Shown here: piece by piece, positions 54,874-64,000 of the stretch
Layout of the letters: each line of letters opens with the position of its first letter
How positions within the stretch are numbered: the stretch's first letter is position 1
Source of the DNA: an uncultured Actinomycetota bacterium
GTDB taxonomy: Bacteria > Actinomycetota > Thermoleophilia > RBG-16-64-13
Reading direction: 5' to 3'
NCBI GenBank assembly: GCA_963822135.1
Contig: CAWGGI010000004.1
Coordinates: 156,290 to 220,289 of the forward strand
Length of the DNA stretch: 64,000 nucleotides
Notes under the pieces: model-generated
The model's input: the letters and a program-made list of their open reading frames with translations, nothing else
What the model was told of the DNA's origin: nothing
Database searches by the model: none
Position numbers and translations under genes: made by a program

Positions 54874-56577
54874 ATGATCCTCGACTCAGCCGACCGAGTC
54901 GCCGAGTACACCGCTGCGGGAATCTGGGGCGGCAAGACCCTGATGGACTTGGTGCTTGAGACCGCCTCGCAGACACCTGAGGCCGAAGCGCTGGTCGACC
55001 CGCCCAACCGTGCCGAGCTCTTGGGCGGCGACCCGAGGAGACTGACCTATCGTGCGCTGACGGAGCAGGTGGAGAATCTCGCCGCGGCCCTTCTGAGCGC
55101 CGGTCTGCGCAAGGACGATGTACTCATGGTCCAGCTCCCGAACACGGTCGAGATCGTAGAGGTGTTGCTCGCTTGTGCCCGGCTCGGCGTGATCTGCAGT
55201 CCTGTGCCCGTCCAGTTCCGCACGCACGAACTGCGCTACGTGATGCCCCTGCTGGAGCCAAAGGCGTTCGTCACCTGCGTCGAGTTCGAGGGCCACGCCC
55301 ACCTCGACATGGTGCGGGGCCTCCGGCCTGAATTCCCCAGCCTCTCCACTCTCATCGCCACCGGGGGAGACCTGCCCGAGGAGGTCATCCCGCTCGACGA
55401 GCTGCTGCTCGAGCCGCAGGATACCGCCGCTCTTCACGCCGAGCTCGAACTCCACCCCGTGGACGCCAACGATATCTTCACGGTCTGTTGGACCTCGGGT
55501 ACCGAGGCCGACCCGAAGGGCGTGCCCCGGAGCCACAACCACTGGATAGCGCCGGCGTGGGCCCCGGTCGACGGGGCCCGACTCCCTCGCGGATGCACGG
55601 TCCTCTGCCCCTTCCCGATGGTCAACCTCTCGGGTATCGGAGCGATGATGACCGTCTGGATACTCACCGGCGGCAAGATGGCCCTGCATCATCCGTTCAA
55701 CCTCCCCGTGTACATGCAACAGATCGCCGTGGAGAAAGCCCAGTTCCCTGTGGCCCCGCCCGTCCTCCTGACGCTGCTGCTCCGCAACGAGGAACTGCTC
55801 GCCAAGGCCGACCTCTCCTCGGTGATCTGCATCGGCTCGGGATCCGCGCCTCTTTCACCGGCGATGGTCGCCGGGTGGCAGGAGCGAGGGATCGTGGTCA
55901 TGAACTTCTACGCCGCCAACGAGGGCCAGGTGCTGGCGAGCGGCATCGACGACTGTCCCGACCCCGAGGACCGGGCGCGCTTCTTCCCGCGGTTCGGCGC
56001 CGAGGGCTTCACTTTCGCCAATCGCTGCACCCGCGGCATGCAGAGCCGGCTCGTCGATCCTACGACAAACGAGGTCGTTGACGAACCCGGCGTGCTCGGC
56101 GAGCTCCGCGTCAAAGGCCCGACCATGTTCCCCGGCTACTGGCGACGGCCTGACCTGACGGCGAAGGCCTTTGACGATGACGGGTACTTCCGCACGGGCG
56201 ACCTCTTTGAGATCGGCGTGGCCTCGGGTGAACCGTCCCGCTATCGTTTCGTCGGCCGGCTCAAGGACCTGATCGTGCGGGGCGGCTTCAAGATCGCCCC
56301 CGAGGAGATCGAGCACTTGCTCGCGGGCATGCCCGCGATCCAGGAGGCGGCAGTGGTGGGACTGCCCAACCCGCGGACCGGAGACGAGGACGTCTGCGTG
56401 GTGGCGGTCCCAAGGGCGGGCCAGTCAGTGGCGCTGGCCGACATCAAGGCGTTCCTCAAGGAGAAAGACGTCGCGGCGTACAAGATCCCGCGCAAGCTCG
56501 TGGTGTTCGATTCCCTCCCCCGTAACGCCCTTGGCAAGGTCATCAAGCGGGAGATCCGGGAGAAGGTCGGCACCTAG
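54874..56577 (+). CDS. AMP-forming acyl-CoA ligase
   Basis: WTSGTEADPKG, GYFRTGD, GRLKDLIVRGG.KI.P.EIE, LPRNALGKV. Confidence 0.92.
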   Translation: MILDSADRVAEYTAAGIWGGKTLMDLVLETASQTPEAEALVDPPNRAELLGGDPRRLTYRALTEQVENLAAALLSAGLRKDDVLMVQLPNTVEIVEVLLACARLGVICSPVPVQFRTHELRYVMPLLEPKAFVTCVEFEGHAHLDMVRGLRPEFPSLSTLIATGGDLPEEVIPLDELLLEPQDTAALHAELELHPVDANDIFTVCWTSGTEADPKGVPRSHNHWIAPAWAPVDGARLPRGCTVLCPFPMVNLSGIGAMMTVWILTGGKMALHHPFNLPVYMQQIAVEKAQFPVAPPVLLTLLLRNEELLAKADLSSVICIGSGSAPLSPAMVAGWQERGIVVMNFYAANEGQVLASGIDDCPDPEDRARFFPRFGAEGFTFANRCTRGMQSRLVDPTTNEVVDEPGVLGELRVKGPTMFPGYWRRPDLTAKAFDDDGYFRTGDLFEIGVASGEPSRYRFVGRLKDLIVRGGFKIAPEEIEHLLAGMPAIQEAAVVGLPNPRTGDEDVCVVAVPRAGQSVALADIKAFLKEKDVAAYKIPRKLVVFDSLPRNALGKVIKREIREKVGT

Positions 56578-56641
56578 ACCTACAACGACCGCCCGGGCAT
56601 GGGCCCGCGCAGGTCTCGCCCACGTGGCGAGGGGCGCTTGG

Positions 56642-57889
56642 TCAGCCCTCGTAACGCCGGAAGACGAGGGAGACGTCGTGCCCGCCGAACCCGAACGAAT
56701 TCGACATAGCCGCGCGCACCGACGCGGTCCGGGCCACGTTGGGTACGTAGTCCAAGTCGCAGGCTGGATCGGGATCCGTGAGGTTGATGGTGGGGGGTAC
56801 CACGCCTTCGACGATCGCTCGAATGCAGAACAGCGCTTCGACGGCCCCGGCGGCACCGAGCAGGTGCCCGGTCATCGACTTGGTCGACGAGATCGGCACC
56901 TCAGCCGCCCGTGGGCCGAAAACAAGCTTGAGCGCACGAGTCTCGCTGATGTCCCCCGCCGGCGTGGCCGTCCCGTGAGCGTTCACGTAGTCGACCTCGT
57001 CGGGAGACATGTCCGCCTCTCTGAGCGCCGCGGTTATGGCCCGTGCCTGTGATTCCCCCGTGTCATCGGGCCGAGTCATGTGGAAGGCTTCCGAGCTCAT
57101 GCCGTAGCCCACTATCTCAGCATCGATCCGAGCCCCACGCGCCCGAGCGTGTTCGAGTTCCTCGAGCACGAGGATGCCGGCCCCCTCGGCGATGACGAAC
57201 CCGTCGCGGCCGGCGTCGAAGGGACGGGATGCCTCTTGCGGCGCCTCGTTGCGCACACTCAGAGCTCGCATCGCGTCAAAGGCGCCCATGCCGATCTCGT
57301 TGATGCCCGCATCGGTGCCTCCGGCAAACATGACCAGAGCAGCGCCGCGGCGAATGATCTCAAAGGCGTCACCGATCGCGTTGGCCCCGGCGGAACACGC
57401 AGTGCAGACCGCGCTGAGCGGACCCTTGAGCCCCAGCTGCAGCGAGACCTGTGCCGCAGCCATGTTCGGGAGCATCATGGGCGCCAGGAAGGGGCTCAGG
57501 CGTCCCGGCCCCTCGGTGAAGAGCACGTGCGACTGCTGCTCGAACGTTCCCAGCCCGCCGACGCCGCTGCCGACTACTGCTCCGACAAGCTCGGGCTCCA
57601 CAGCCGCGTCGAGTCCCGCGTCGCGCGCCGCCTGGCGTGCCGCCGCCACCGCGTACTGCGAGAAGGGGTCCATGCGCCGGGCAGCGCGCTTCTCCATGAA
57701 GTCCTCGGGGTCGAAGCCTCTGACCTCTCCGGCGATCCGTGACGTCAGGCGCGAGGCGTCGAACTTGGTGACCGCGCTGATGCCGCTCTCTCCGGACAGC
57801 AGGCGCCTCCAGACCGTCTGGACATCGTTGCCCAACGGGCAGAGCAATCCCGATCCGGTGACGACTACTCGGCGTGCTTTGTCATCCAT
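56642..57889 (-). CDS. fabF: Beta-ketoacyl-ACP synthase II
   Basis: RRVVVTG, TACSAG, NAHGTAT, KSMTGHLLGAAG, SNSFGFGG. Confidence 0.94.
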   Translation of the reverse strand: MDDKARRVVVTGSGLLCPLGNDVQTVWRRLLSGESGISAVTKFDASRLTSRIAGEVRGFDPEDFMEKRAARRMDPFSQYAVAAARQAARDAGLDAAVEPELVGAVVGSGVGGLGTFEQQSHVLFTEGPGRLSPFLAPMMLPNMAAAQVSLQLGLKGPLSAVCTACSAGANAIGDAFEIIRRGAALVMFAGGTDAGINEIGMGAFDAMRALSVRNEAPQEASRPFDAGRDGFVIAEGAGILVLEELEHARARGARIDAEIVGYGMSSEAFHMTRPDDTGESQARAITAALREADMSPDEVDYVNAHGTATPAGDISETRALKLVFGPRAAEVPISSTKSMTGHLLGAAGAVEALFCIRAIVEGVVPPTINLTDPDPACDLDYVPNVARTASVRAAMSNSFGFGGHDVSLVFRRYEG

Positions 57890-58029
57890 GCCCGCCCTCC
57901 AACGGCGTAGACCGATCCTCCTCACAATCCGCAGTATGCCGCAGCAGCCGATGACCGGAGGGGTCTGGGTTGTCTCGGCCGTGCGCCGACCGGTCTCGCT
58001 TCGCAGACTTCCCCCGGCGATTCACGTCG

Positions 58030-60186
58030 TCACTCTTCTTCGGACGCTGGGAGCGCGGTTCGCCCCCGGCGGGCGAGTCTCGAGGGCCACCAGACCCTGT
58101 CGCCGACGTCGTACACCAGCGCGGGGACGAACAGTGCGCGCACGACGAGCGCATCGAGCAGCACGCCAAAGGCGACGATGACGGCCAGTTGCACCAGGAA
58201 CAGGATCGGGATCACAGCCAGAGCAGCGAAGGTCGCGGCCAGCACGACCCCTGCCGAGGTGATCACCCCGCCGGTGGCGACCAGACCGCGCAACACGCCT
58301 TCCTTGGTCCCGTGCGCCAGAGACTCCTCTCGCACGCGGGTCATCAGGAAGATGTTGTAGTCGATGCCCAGAGCGACCAGGAACACGAACGCGTAGAGCG
58401 GGACCGACGGGTCGGAGCCGGGAAATCCCAACACGTTATTGAAGAACAGGCTCGAGATACCCAAGGCCGTGCCGAAGCTCAAGACCGTGGTGAGCGTCAG
58501 CAGGAGCGGGGCCACGATGCTGCGGAGCAGGAGCATCAGGATCAGAGTGATGACCACGAGCACCAAGGGGATTATGAGGTTGCGGTCACGCGCGCCGGTC
58601 AAGTTCGAGTCGAGTGACGTGGCCGTCGTACCGCCGACCATGATCGACGGATCGACCGAGTGGAGTTCGGTGCGCAACTCCCTGACCGTCTGCTCGGCCT
58701 CACGCGAGTCGGCCTTGTCCTTGAGGGTGAGCTGCAACATCACGTCGCCATCGGCGACGGTGGGCTTCGCCTGCGCCAGTGGTCCGCCCTTCGGGACGGG
58801 GATCGGAATCATGCCGCTTGGCGAGTCCGCCGAGACCACCGAAGCGCTGCTCACTCCGGCCACGGCGAGAGCGACTGCGGCGGCCTCGCCGAGCTTCTCC
58901 TCTGGGACGATCACCTGTACGGGTTGGCCGGAGCCACCGGGGAAATGGGCAGCAAGGACGTTCTGCCCGTCGCGAGCCTGGGACGGCCCCAGAACCAGGT
59001 CGCTGGCCGAGACCCCACTGGCCTGCAGCCCGACGAGCCCCAAGCAGCCGAGCACCAGCACGATCCCGACCACGATCCACATCGTCCGGGCCTGCGTTCG
59101 GACCATGGCTGGCTATCTTGACCCATACGCTTCTCGGGTTCTGCTCGCTGTGCTGGCTGCCGTACTCGACGCGTCGAGGCCAAAACGCGGCCCGGCCGAC
59201 CAGGAGCAGCATCGCCGGAACGAACGTGAGAGCGGCAAGTACCGCGAAGACCAGACCGACGGCGGCGACCGGACCCAGGGCCTTGTTGGAGGCCAGGTCG
59301 GAGAGGAGCAGGCACAAGAGCCCGGCGATGACGGTGCCGCCCGCGGCGACGATCGGCTCGACCGATCCCTTCCATGCAGCCTTGGTGGCGTCCCAGACCG
59401 ACCGGTTGTCACGCAGGGCCTCTCGGAAGCGCGACACGTACAGGAGCGAGTAGTCCGTAGCCGCTCCGATGACGAGGATGAAGAGGATGCCCTGCACCTG
59501 CGCGTTGATCTTGAGGACGTCGGCCTTCGCCAGATAGAAACTCGTCGCCACCGCCGCGCACAGCGCGCCCATCGACGCGAGGAGCACCATGATCGGCAGC
59601 AGCGGTGAGCGGTACACGATCACCAGAATGATGAAGACGGCCGTCACCGCCACCACGAGCAGCAGCCAGTCGACGCCGGCGAACCCGTTGCCCAGGTCGG
59701 CACTCAGTCCCGCGGCGCCGGTGACGTAGACAGCAAGGCCTTCCGGGGCTCCCTCGAGGCTCTTGCGAAGCTCCGCGACGGCAGCTCTTACGTCGTCCCG
59801 GGTGGACAAAGGCACGAAGATCTGCGCGGCCGTCCCCGTCCGCAGACGGGATGGGCGGAGACACTCCACCGGAGATGGCGGGGATCTGCTCCGGCAGGCT
59901 CGCAGACCGCGCCTGGAGCCAGGTCGTGTCCTCCGACGGTCATCCCGCCGGCACGCTCGGCCACCACCACAGCGGGGATCGTGCTGTCTCCGAAGAAGTC
60001 GGTGAATCGCTTCTGCACCTGGGTGGACTCGGCACTGCTCGGGAGGTAGGAGGCCTGGTCGTTGACCGAGACCTCGCCGATCCGGCCAAAATAGGGGCCA
60101 CCCAATCCGGCTATGGCGATCCACACGATGACCACCACCACGCCGACCACGGGCCGGACCCAGCGTGGTGGAGATTGTGCCGTCAC
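58030..60186 (-). CDS. MMPL/RND family transporter (frameshifted)
   Basis: LP..AEST, VYVTG, GAATDYSLL.VSRFRE, ALGIDYNIFLMTRVREE, TGGVITSAG. Confidence 0.9.
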
Positions 60187-60332
60187 CGTGCCCCCTATCG
60201 TTGGTCGATCGTGAATGCCGCTCCGCGGGCGGAGCCGCGGCGCGTCGAGCTGACGATGATACAGCCTCTACGTCGCCGTGCGTGCGCTCACTGCTCTGTG
60301 GCAGCAGCACGACGTGCAGACGCGCACAGCGC

Positions 60333-60701
60333 TCAACTCACCGCTTTTTTCACGAGCGCTGCGATCCTCGCCTCTTCGGCGGCAGCCAACTCCTTCAGCG
60401 CGAAGGCAACCGGCCACATGGCGCCTTCGTCCAGGTTCGCATCGTGCTGGAAGCCGAATGTCGAGTACCTCGTCTTGAACTTCTGCGAGCCTTGGAAGAA
60501 GCAGATGACCTTGCCGTGTTTGGCATACGCGGGCATCCCGTACCAGAGCTTCGGCGTGAGGCCCGGCGCGTTGGCTTTGATGATCTCGTGGAGCCGCTCG
60601 CCTATGGCTCGGTCTGGTTCCGGCATCGCGGCGATGGTCGCGAGCACTTCCGCTTCGGCATCGGCCCTGTTCGCTGCCTTCTTGGCTCTCTCCTCAGTCA
60701 T
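60333..60701 (-). CDS. DUF1801/YdhG-like protein
   Basis: ERLH.II...[30 protein letters not shown]. Confidence 0.85.
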   Translation of the reverse strand: MTEERAKKAANRADAEAEVLATIAAMPEPDRAIGERLHEIIKANAPGLTPKLWYGMPAYAKHGKVICFFQGSQKFKTRYSTFGFQHDANLDEGAMWPVAFALKELAAAEEARIAALVKKAVS

Positions 60702-60829
60702 GGTTCCTTCCTCTGACAGAACACATCTTCGCCTCTGAACCAACGTTTCTCGATCTCGCCATCGCTAAACGCCAGCTTCAGAGCGGCATGGGGCGCGAGG
60801 GCAGCGCTAGGCCTGCGCTGGGCGGCCTG

Positions 60830-61882
60830 TCACTCGGGCGCGGGCCCCTGCGGGCTTACGCCCGGCTGAGTCACTTGAGGCGGGGACGAGCGCCGGCGGC
60901 GGCGAAGAAGGAGCAGCACCAGCAGCACCACCAAGGCCACGACGATGACGCCGCCGATGATGACGCCGATGATGGCCGCCCAGTTGTAAACCGTGCTCTC
61001 CGCGAACATCGTCCGGGCCTCGCTGAACCCGATGTTCCACGCAAGTGTGTTGCCACTCACTTCGTCGGCGTTGTTCTCCCCGATGCTGCCGGGCAGCGTC
61101 ACGCGGTTCTCGATGACGAGTGACTCGCCAAGGAGGTCGATGCCCAGCCCGGATGCGGCATCGCTGAGCTTGGACATTGCTCCGCTGGCATCGGCCCTGG
61201 CGGAGAATCGGGTCTTGGTGCTGAACGTCCCCTGGTCCTGCGTGAGCGTGACTTCATCCACGCCTACCGCCGAAACGATAGTGCTCGAGGCGAGGATCTC
61301 CTGCAATTCCTGCGGGTTGGCGAAAGACCGCGTCAACGCCACCCATTTGGTGCCATCGGCGTCGGTGCCGCGCTCCACCTTCCAGTCCCCAGGGATCTTG
61401 CTCAGGATGATGTCGAAGAGTTCATCGACGCTCCCCGGGATCAGCCCGGAGGCTTGGCCCAAGTCTCCCAAGCCTCCACCCAGATCGCCGATACCTTCCA
61501 GGGCTCCGCCCAGATCTTCGAGACCTCCCAGGGCTCCGCCTAGTTTGCCCAGGCCTTGCAGCACTTTGCCCAAGCCTCCCAAGCCTTTGGCCACATCGTC
61601 CAACTTCAGGGCTTTCTTCAGATCGTCTAAGAACGAACCCGAGTCCTCAGGCTCTTCGGGAATCGCCGAGAGAGCGTCGTCCAGGGCCTTGTCGGCGGAG
61701 ATACGTACAGACACGGTCCCGGAGCCGTCGGTTTCGACCTTGGTGTCGAGCCCGACACCGACAGTGCATCCGGTGAGGAGGACCAGGCTCGTGAGCGCTA
61801 GGATGAGCAGCGCGACGGGAATCGCAAAGGACGTTCTTCCCCTCGCCACTTTCGTGCCCGGACGGGTGTCACTTACCCTCAC
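60830..61882 (-). CDS. LppM-like lipoprotein with Gly/Leu repeat insert and C-terminal TM anchor
   Basis: Lipobox LTGC, V..DGSG, VTLPG....NAD..SGNTL.W, TM helix followed by RRRRR. Confidence 0.7.
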   Translation of the reverse strand: MRVSDTRPGTKVARGRTSFAIPVALLILALTSLVLLTGCTVGVGLDTKVETDGSGTVSVRISADKALDDALSAIPEEPEDSGSFLDDLKKALKLDDVAKGLGGLGKVLQGLGKLGGALGGLEDLGGALEGIGDLGGGLGDLGQASGLIPGSVDELFDIILSKIPGDWKVERGTDADGTKWVALTRSFANPQELQEILASSTIVSAVGVDEVTLTQDQGTFSTKTRFSARADASGAMSKLSDAASGLGIDLLGESLVIENRVTLPGSIGENNADEVSGNTLAWNIGFSEARTMFAESTVYNWAAIIGVIIGGVIVVALVVLLVLLLLRRRRRSSPPQVTQPGVSPQGPAPE

Positions 61883-62162
61883 GACTAACCCCCCTCTGAC
61901 GATGCGTCACGTTCGCACCAGCGTAACACGCCTGATTGCGGGCGCCAGCACTGCCGAGGTGCACTGGCGCATTCCGGCGGGACCTCGATACACTGTCCCT
62001 CGCTTATCACCAGACAGGGAGCCGAGCATGAGGGGCGCGCCAAGGACCAGATGCTGCCGCCAATTCTGACGGCCGTGGCGGGCACGCGCGCCGCGATACA
62101 ATCCCCAGAAAGGCCCGCGTGATCACCACCCGGGTCTTTCGAGCGCGCTAGGAGACAGTCCA

Positions 62163-62558
62163 CTGCATCACCAGACCGACTACGTGCTTCGCCTCATCGA
62201 GGAGTTGGGTGGGCTGATCCGCCTCGCCCTGGAGAAGATCGGCGCCAAGGATATCGAGGAGCCTCGCGGGCTCGCCGGGCAGGCCATCGGTCTGGCGCTC
62301 AACATGAACCCCGACATGGCTTCAGGTCTGTCGCCGCAGACTCTGGTCTCGCTGCTAAGGCTCGGCAGTGTGGATGATCGGGTCATCGCGCTCGTCGGGC
62401 AGGCCATCGAGGTCGAAGCGGCCGCGCTCGAAGAAAGCGGCGACCCGGGCGCGGCGGCGTTCAGGCGCGAGCAGGCCGGCGCGGTACGATCACTTCTGGG
62501 CACGACGACGCGCGGCGTAGCGACGAACCCGACTCCCGGCGGTGAGGGGGGCGAATGA
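62163..62558 (+). CDS. DUF6483-like protein (start CTG 62163 or GTG 62184)
   Basis: AGGAGA RBS; QTDYVLRLIEELG N-terminus. Confidence 0.55.
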   Translation: MHHQTDYVLRLIEELGGLIRLALEKIGAKDIEEPRGLAGQAIGLALNMNPDMASGLSPQTLVSLLRLGSVDDRVIALVGQAIEVEAAALEESGDPGAAAFRREQAGAVRSLLGTTTRGVATNPTPGGEGGE

Positions 62559-63981
62559 CGGCACAGCCTGCATCCAACAGGGGCAGCCCGCTAAGACGAT
62601 CCTCGAGCCGGCGCGAGAGATACGGGTCGCCCGGGAGACCGATGTGGTCGTGGTCGGCGGTGGACCCGGCGGTTTCGCCGCGGCCGTATCCGCGGCCAGA
62701 TCAGGGGCCAAGACGGTGCTCATCGAGCGGTATGGCCACCTTGGCGGGATGGCCACCGGTGGCCTGGTCAACATCTTTCCGAATCTCAGCGACATCAGCG
62801 GGAAGCAGCACATCTTCGGCCTCAACCAGGAGATCATCGACCGGATGAAGGCTAAGAACGCCGCCTTCTGTCCCAACCAGGAGGATTTCGGAACGACCGA
62901 CAGCAAGGTGCTCGACTACTACCTTGGCGCCAACATGGGCTGGTTCTACGTGCGCAAGGATCCCAACCTCGGGGGGCGGGAAAGGCTGCTCTACACCGCC
63001 GTCTTGGATCCCGAGATGCTCAAAGCCGAACTCGACGACATGGTGACCGAGGCCGGGGTCGACCTGCTCCTCCATTCGTGGGGCACCCGTCCGATCATGG
63101 AGGGCGATACGGCCAAGGGCGTCGTCTTCGAGAGCAAGTCGGGGCGGCAGGCGATACTCGCCAAGGTGGTCATCGACTCCACGGGCGACGGAGACATCTT
63201 CGTCGCGGCCGGGGCGGAATTCGATGATGAACTGCAGAGCAGCTTCCGGACCGCGCTCGCGTTCAGTTACTGGATAGCGAATGTCGACACGAACAGGTTG
63301 GACGACTTCCGCAGGTCGCATCCGGACGAGTTCGCGCTTCTGATGCACGATCTCGCGGAGGCGGGCGGCCATCCCTTCTACTTCAAGGGCCTGCTGGAGA
63401 ATCAGGAGGGGGTGCTCTGGTTCCATCCCATGCACATCAAGCCGTCCGGCGCCGCGGCCTCCGATGCCATGGACGTCGAGGAACTGACGCGCTGGAACCT
63501 GCTGGCCCGCAGGGCGGCGACGATCACCTACGAGTTCCTGCGCAAGAACGTGCCCGGCTGCGAGAAGTGCTTCATCATGCAGACGGCGCCCCAGTTGGGC
63601 ACCCAAGGCGGCCGGCGTGTCATCGGGGAGTACATCCTCAGCCCCAACGACATGGAATCGGACGAGGTGTTCGACGACACGATCGTGGTTCTGGCCAACA
63701 ACGACAACGGCGAGATATCCGCGAGACACCCGTCCATCTGCATCCCCTACCGTTGCCTCGTGCCCCGCAAGATCGACGGGCTGCTGGTCGCCTGCCGCGC
63801 GTTCTCCTCCAAGGCAAGCGTCAACCAATGGTTCAACATCATCCCGCACTGCGTCGCGTACGGTCAGGCGGCGGGCACAGCAGCGGCACTCGCCGTGAGG
63901 GACGGGATCCAGCCGCGCCGCGTCGATTACAGAGAACTGCAGGCGCACCTGAGGCAGCAGGGGGTCAAGCTGCCGGAGTGA
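62542..63981 (+). CDS. FAD-dependent oxidoreductase (FAD_oxidored family)
   Basis: DVVVVGGGPGG.AAA..AAR.G, LGGMATGG, IDSTGDGD, IPYRCLVP, GQAAGTAAALA. Confidence 0.9.
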   Translation: MRGANDGTACIQQGQPAKTILEPAREIRVARETDVVVVGGGPGGFAAAVSAARSGAKTVLIERYGHLGGMATGGLVNIFPNLSDISGKQHIFGLNQEIIDRMKAKNAAFCPNQEDFGTTDSKVLDYYLGANMGWFYVRKDPNLGGRERLLYTAVLDPEMLKAELDDMVTEAGVDLLLHSWGTRPIMEGDTAKGVVFESKSGRQAILAKVVIDSTGDGDIFVAAGAEFDDELQSSFRTALAFSYWIANVDTNRLDDFRRSHPDEFALLMHDLAEAGGHPFYFKGLLENQEGVLWFHPMHIKPSGAAASDAMDVEELTRWNLLARRAATITYEFLRKNVPGCEKCFIMQTAPQLGTQGGRRVIGEYILSPNDMESDEVFDDTIVVLANNDNGEISARHPSICIPYRCLVPRKIDGLLVACRAFSSKASVNQWFNIIPHCVAYGQAAGTAAALAVRDGIQPRRVDYRELQAHLRQQGVKLPE

Positions 63982-64000
63982 CCGAGCAAGTGCGTCGGGC

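Overview
High-GC actinobacterial-type chromosome segment. Gene style and the serT/argU-tadA-tRNA-Ser(CGA) layout suggest a Thermoleophilia-like organism (inference). Single-base frameshifts in many unrelated genes most likely reflect long-read consensus errors. The window holds about 55 CDSs, three tRNAs (Ser-GCT, Arg-ACG, Ser-CGA), two toxin-antitoxin pairs and a c-di-GMP-I riboswitch. Main highlights: (1) an integrase-less array downstream of tRNA-Ser(CGA), where a ~150-190 bp repeat (tRNA 3' half plus a conserved GGGGGCA arm) recurs between unrelated small gene cassettes; (2) an OsmC-like selenoprotein split at an in-frame UGA, with a SECIS-like hairpin; (3) an XRE regulator divergent from a vWA + DUF6569/ARPP-1 operon, with three operator-like boxes; (4) a nested double-FabZ protein with catalytic His and Glu on different hot-dog copies; (5) a riboswitch-controlled Cys-rich secreted protein inside the cassette array.
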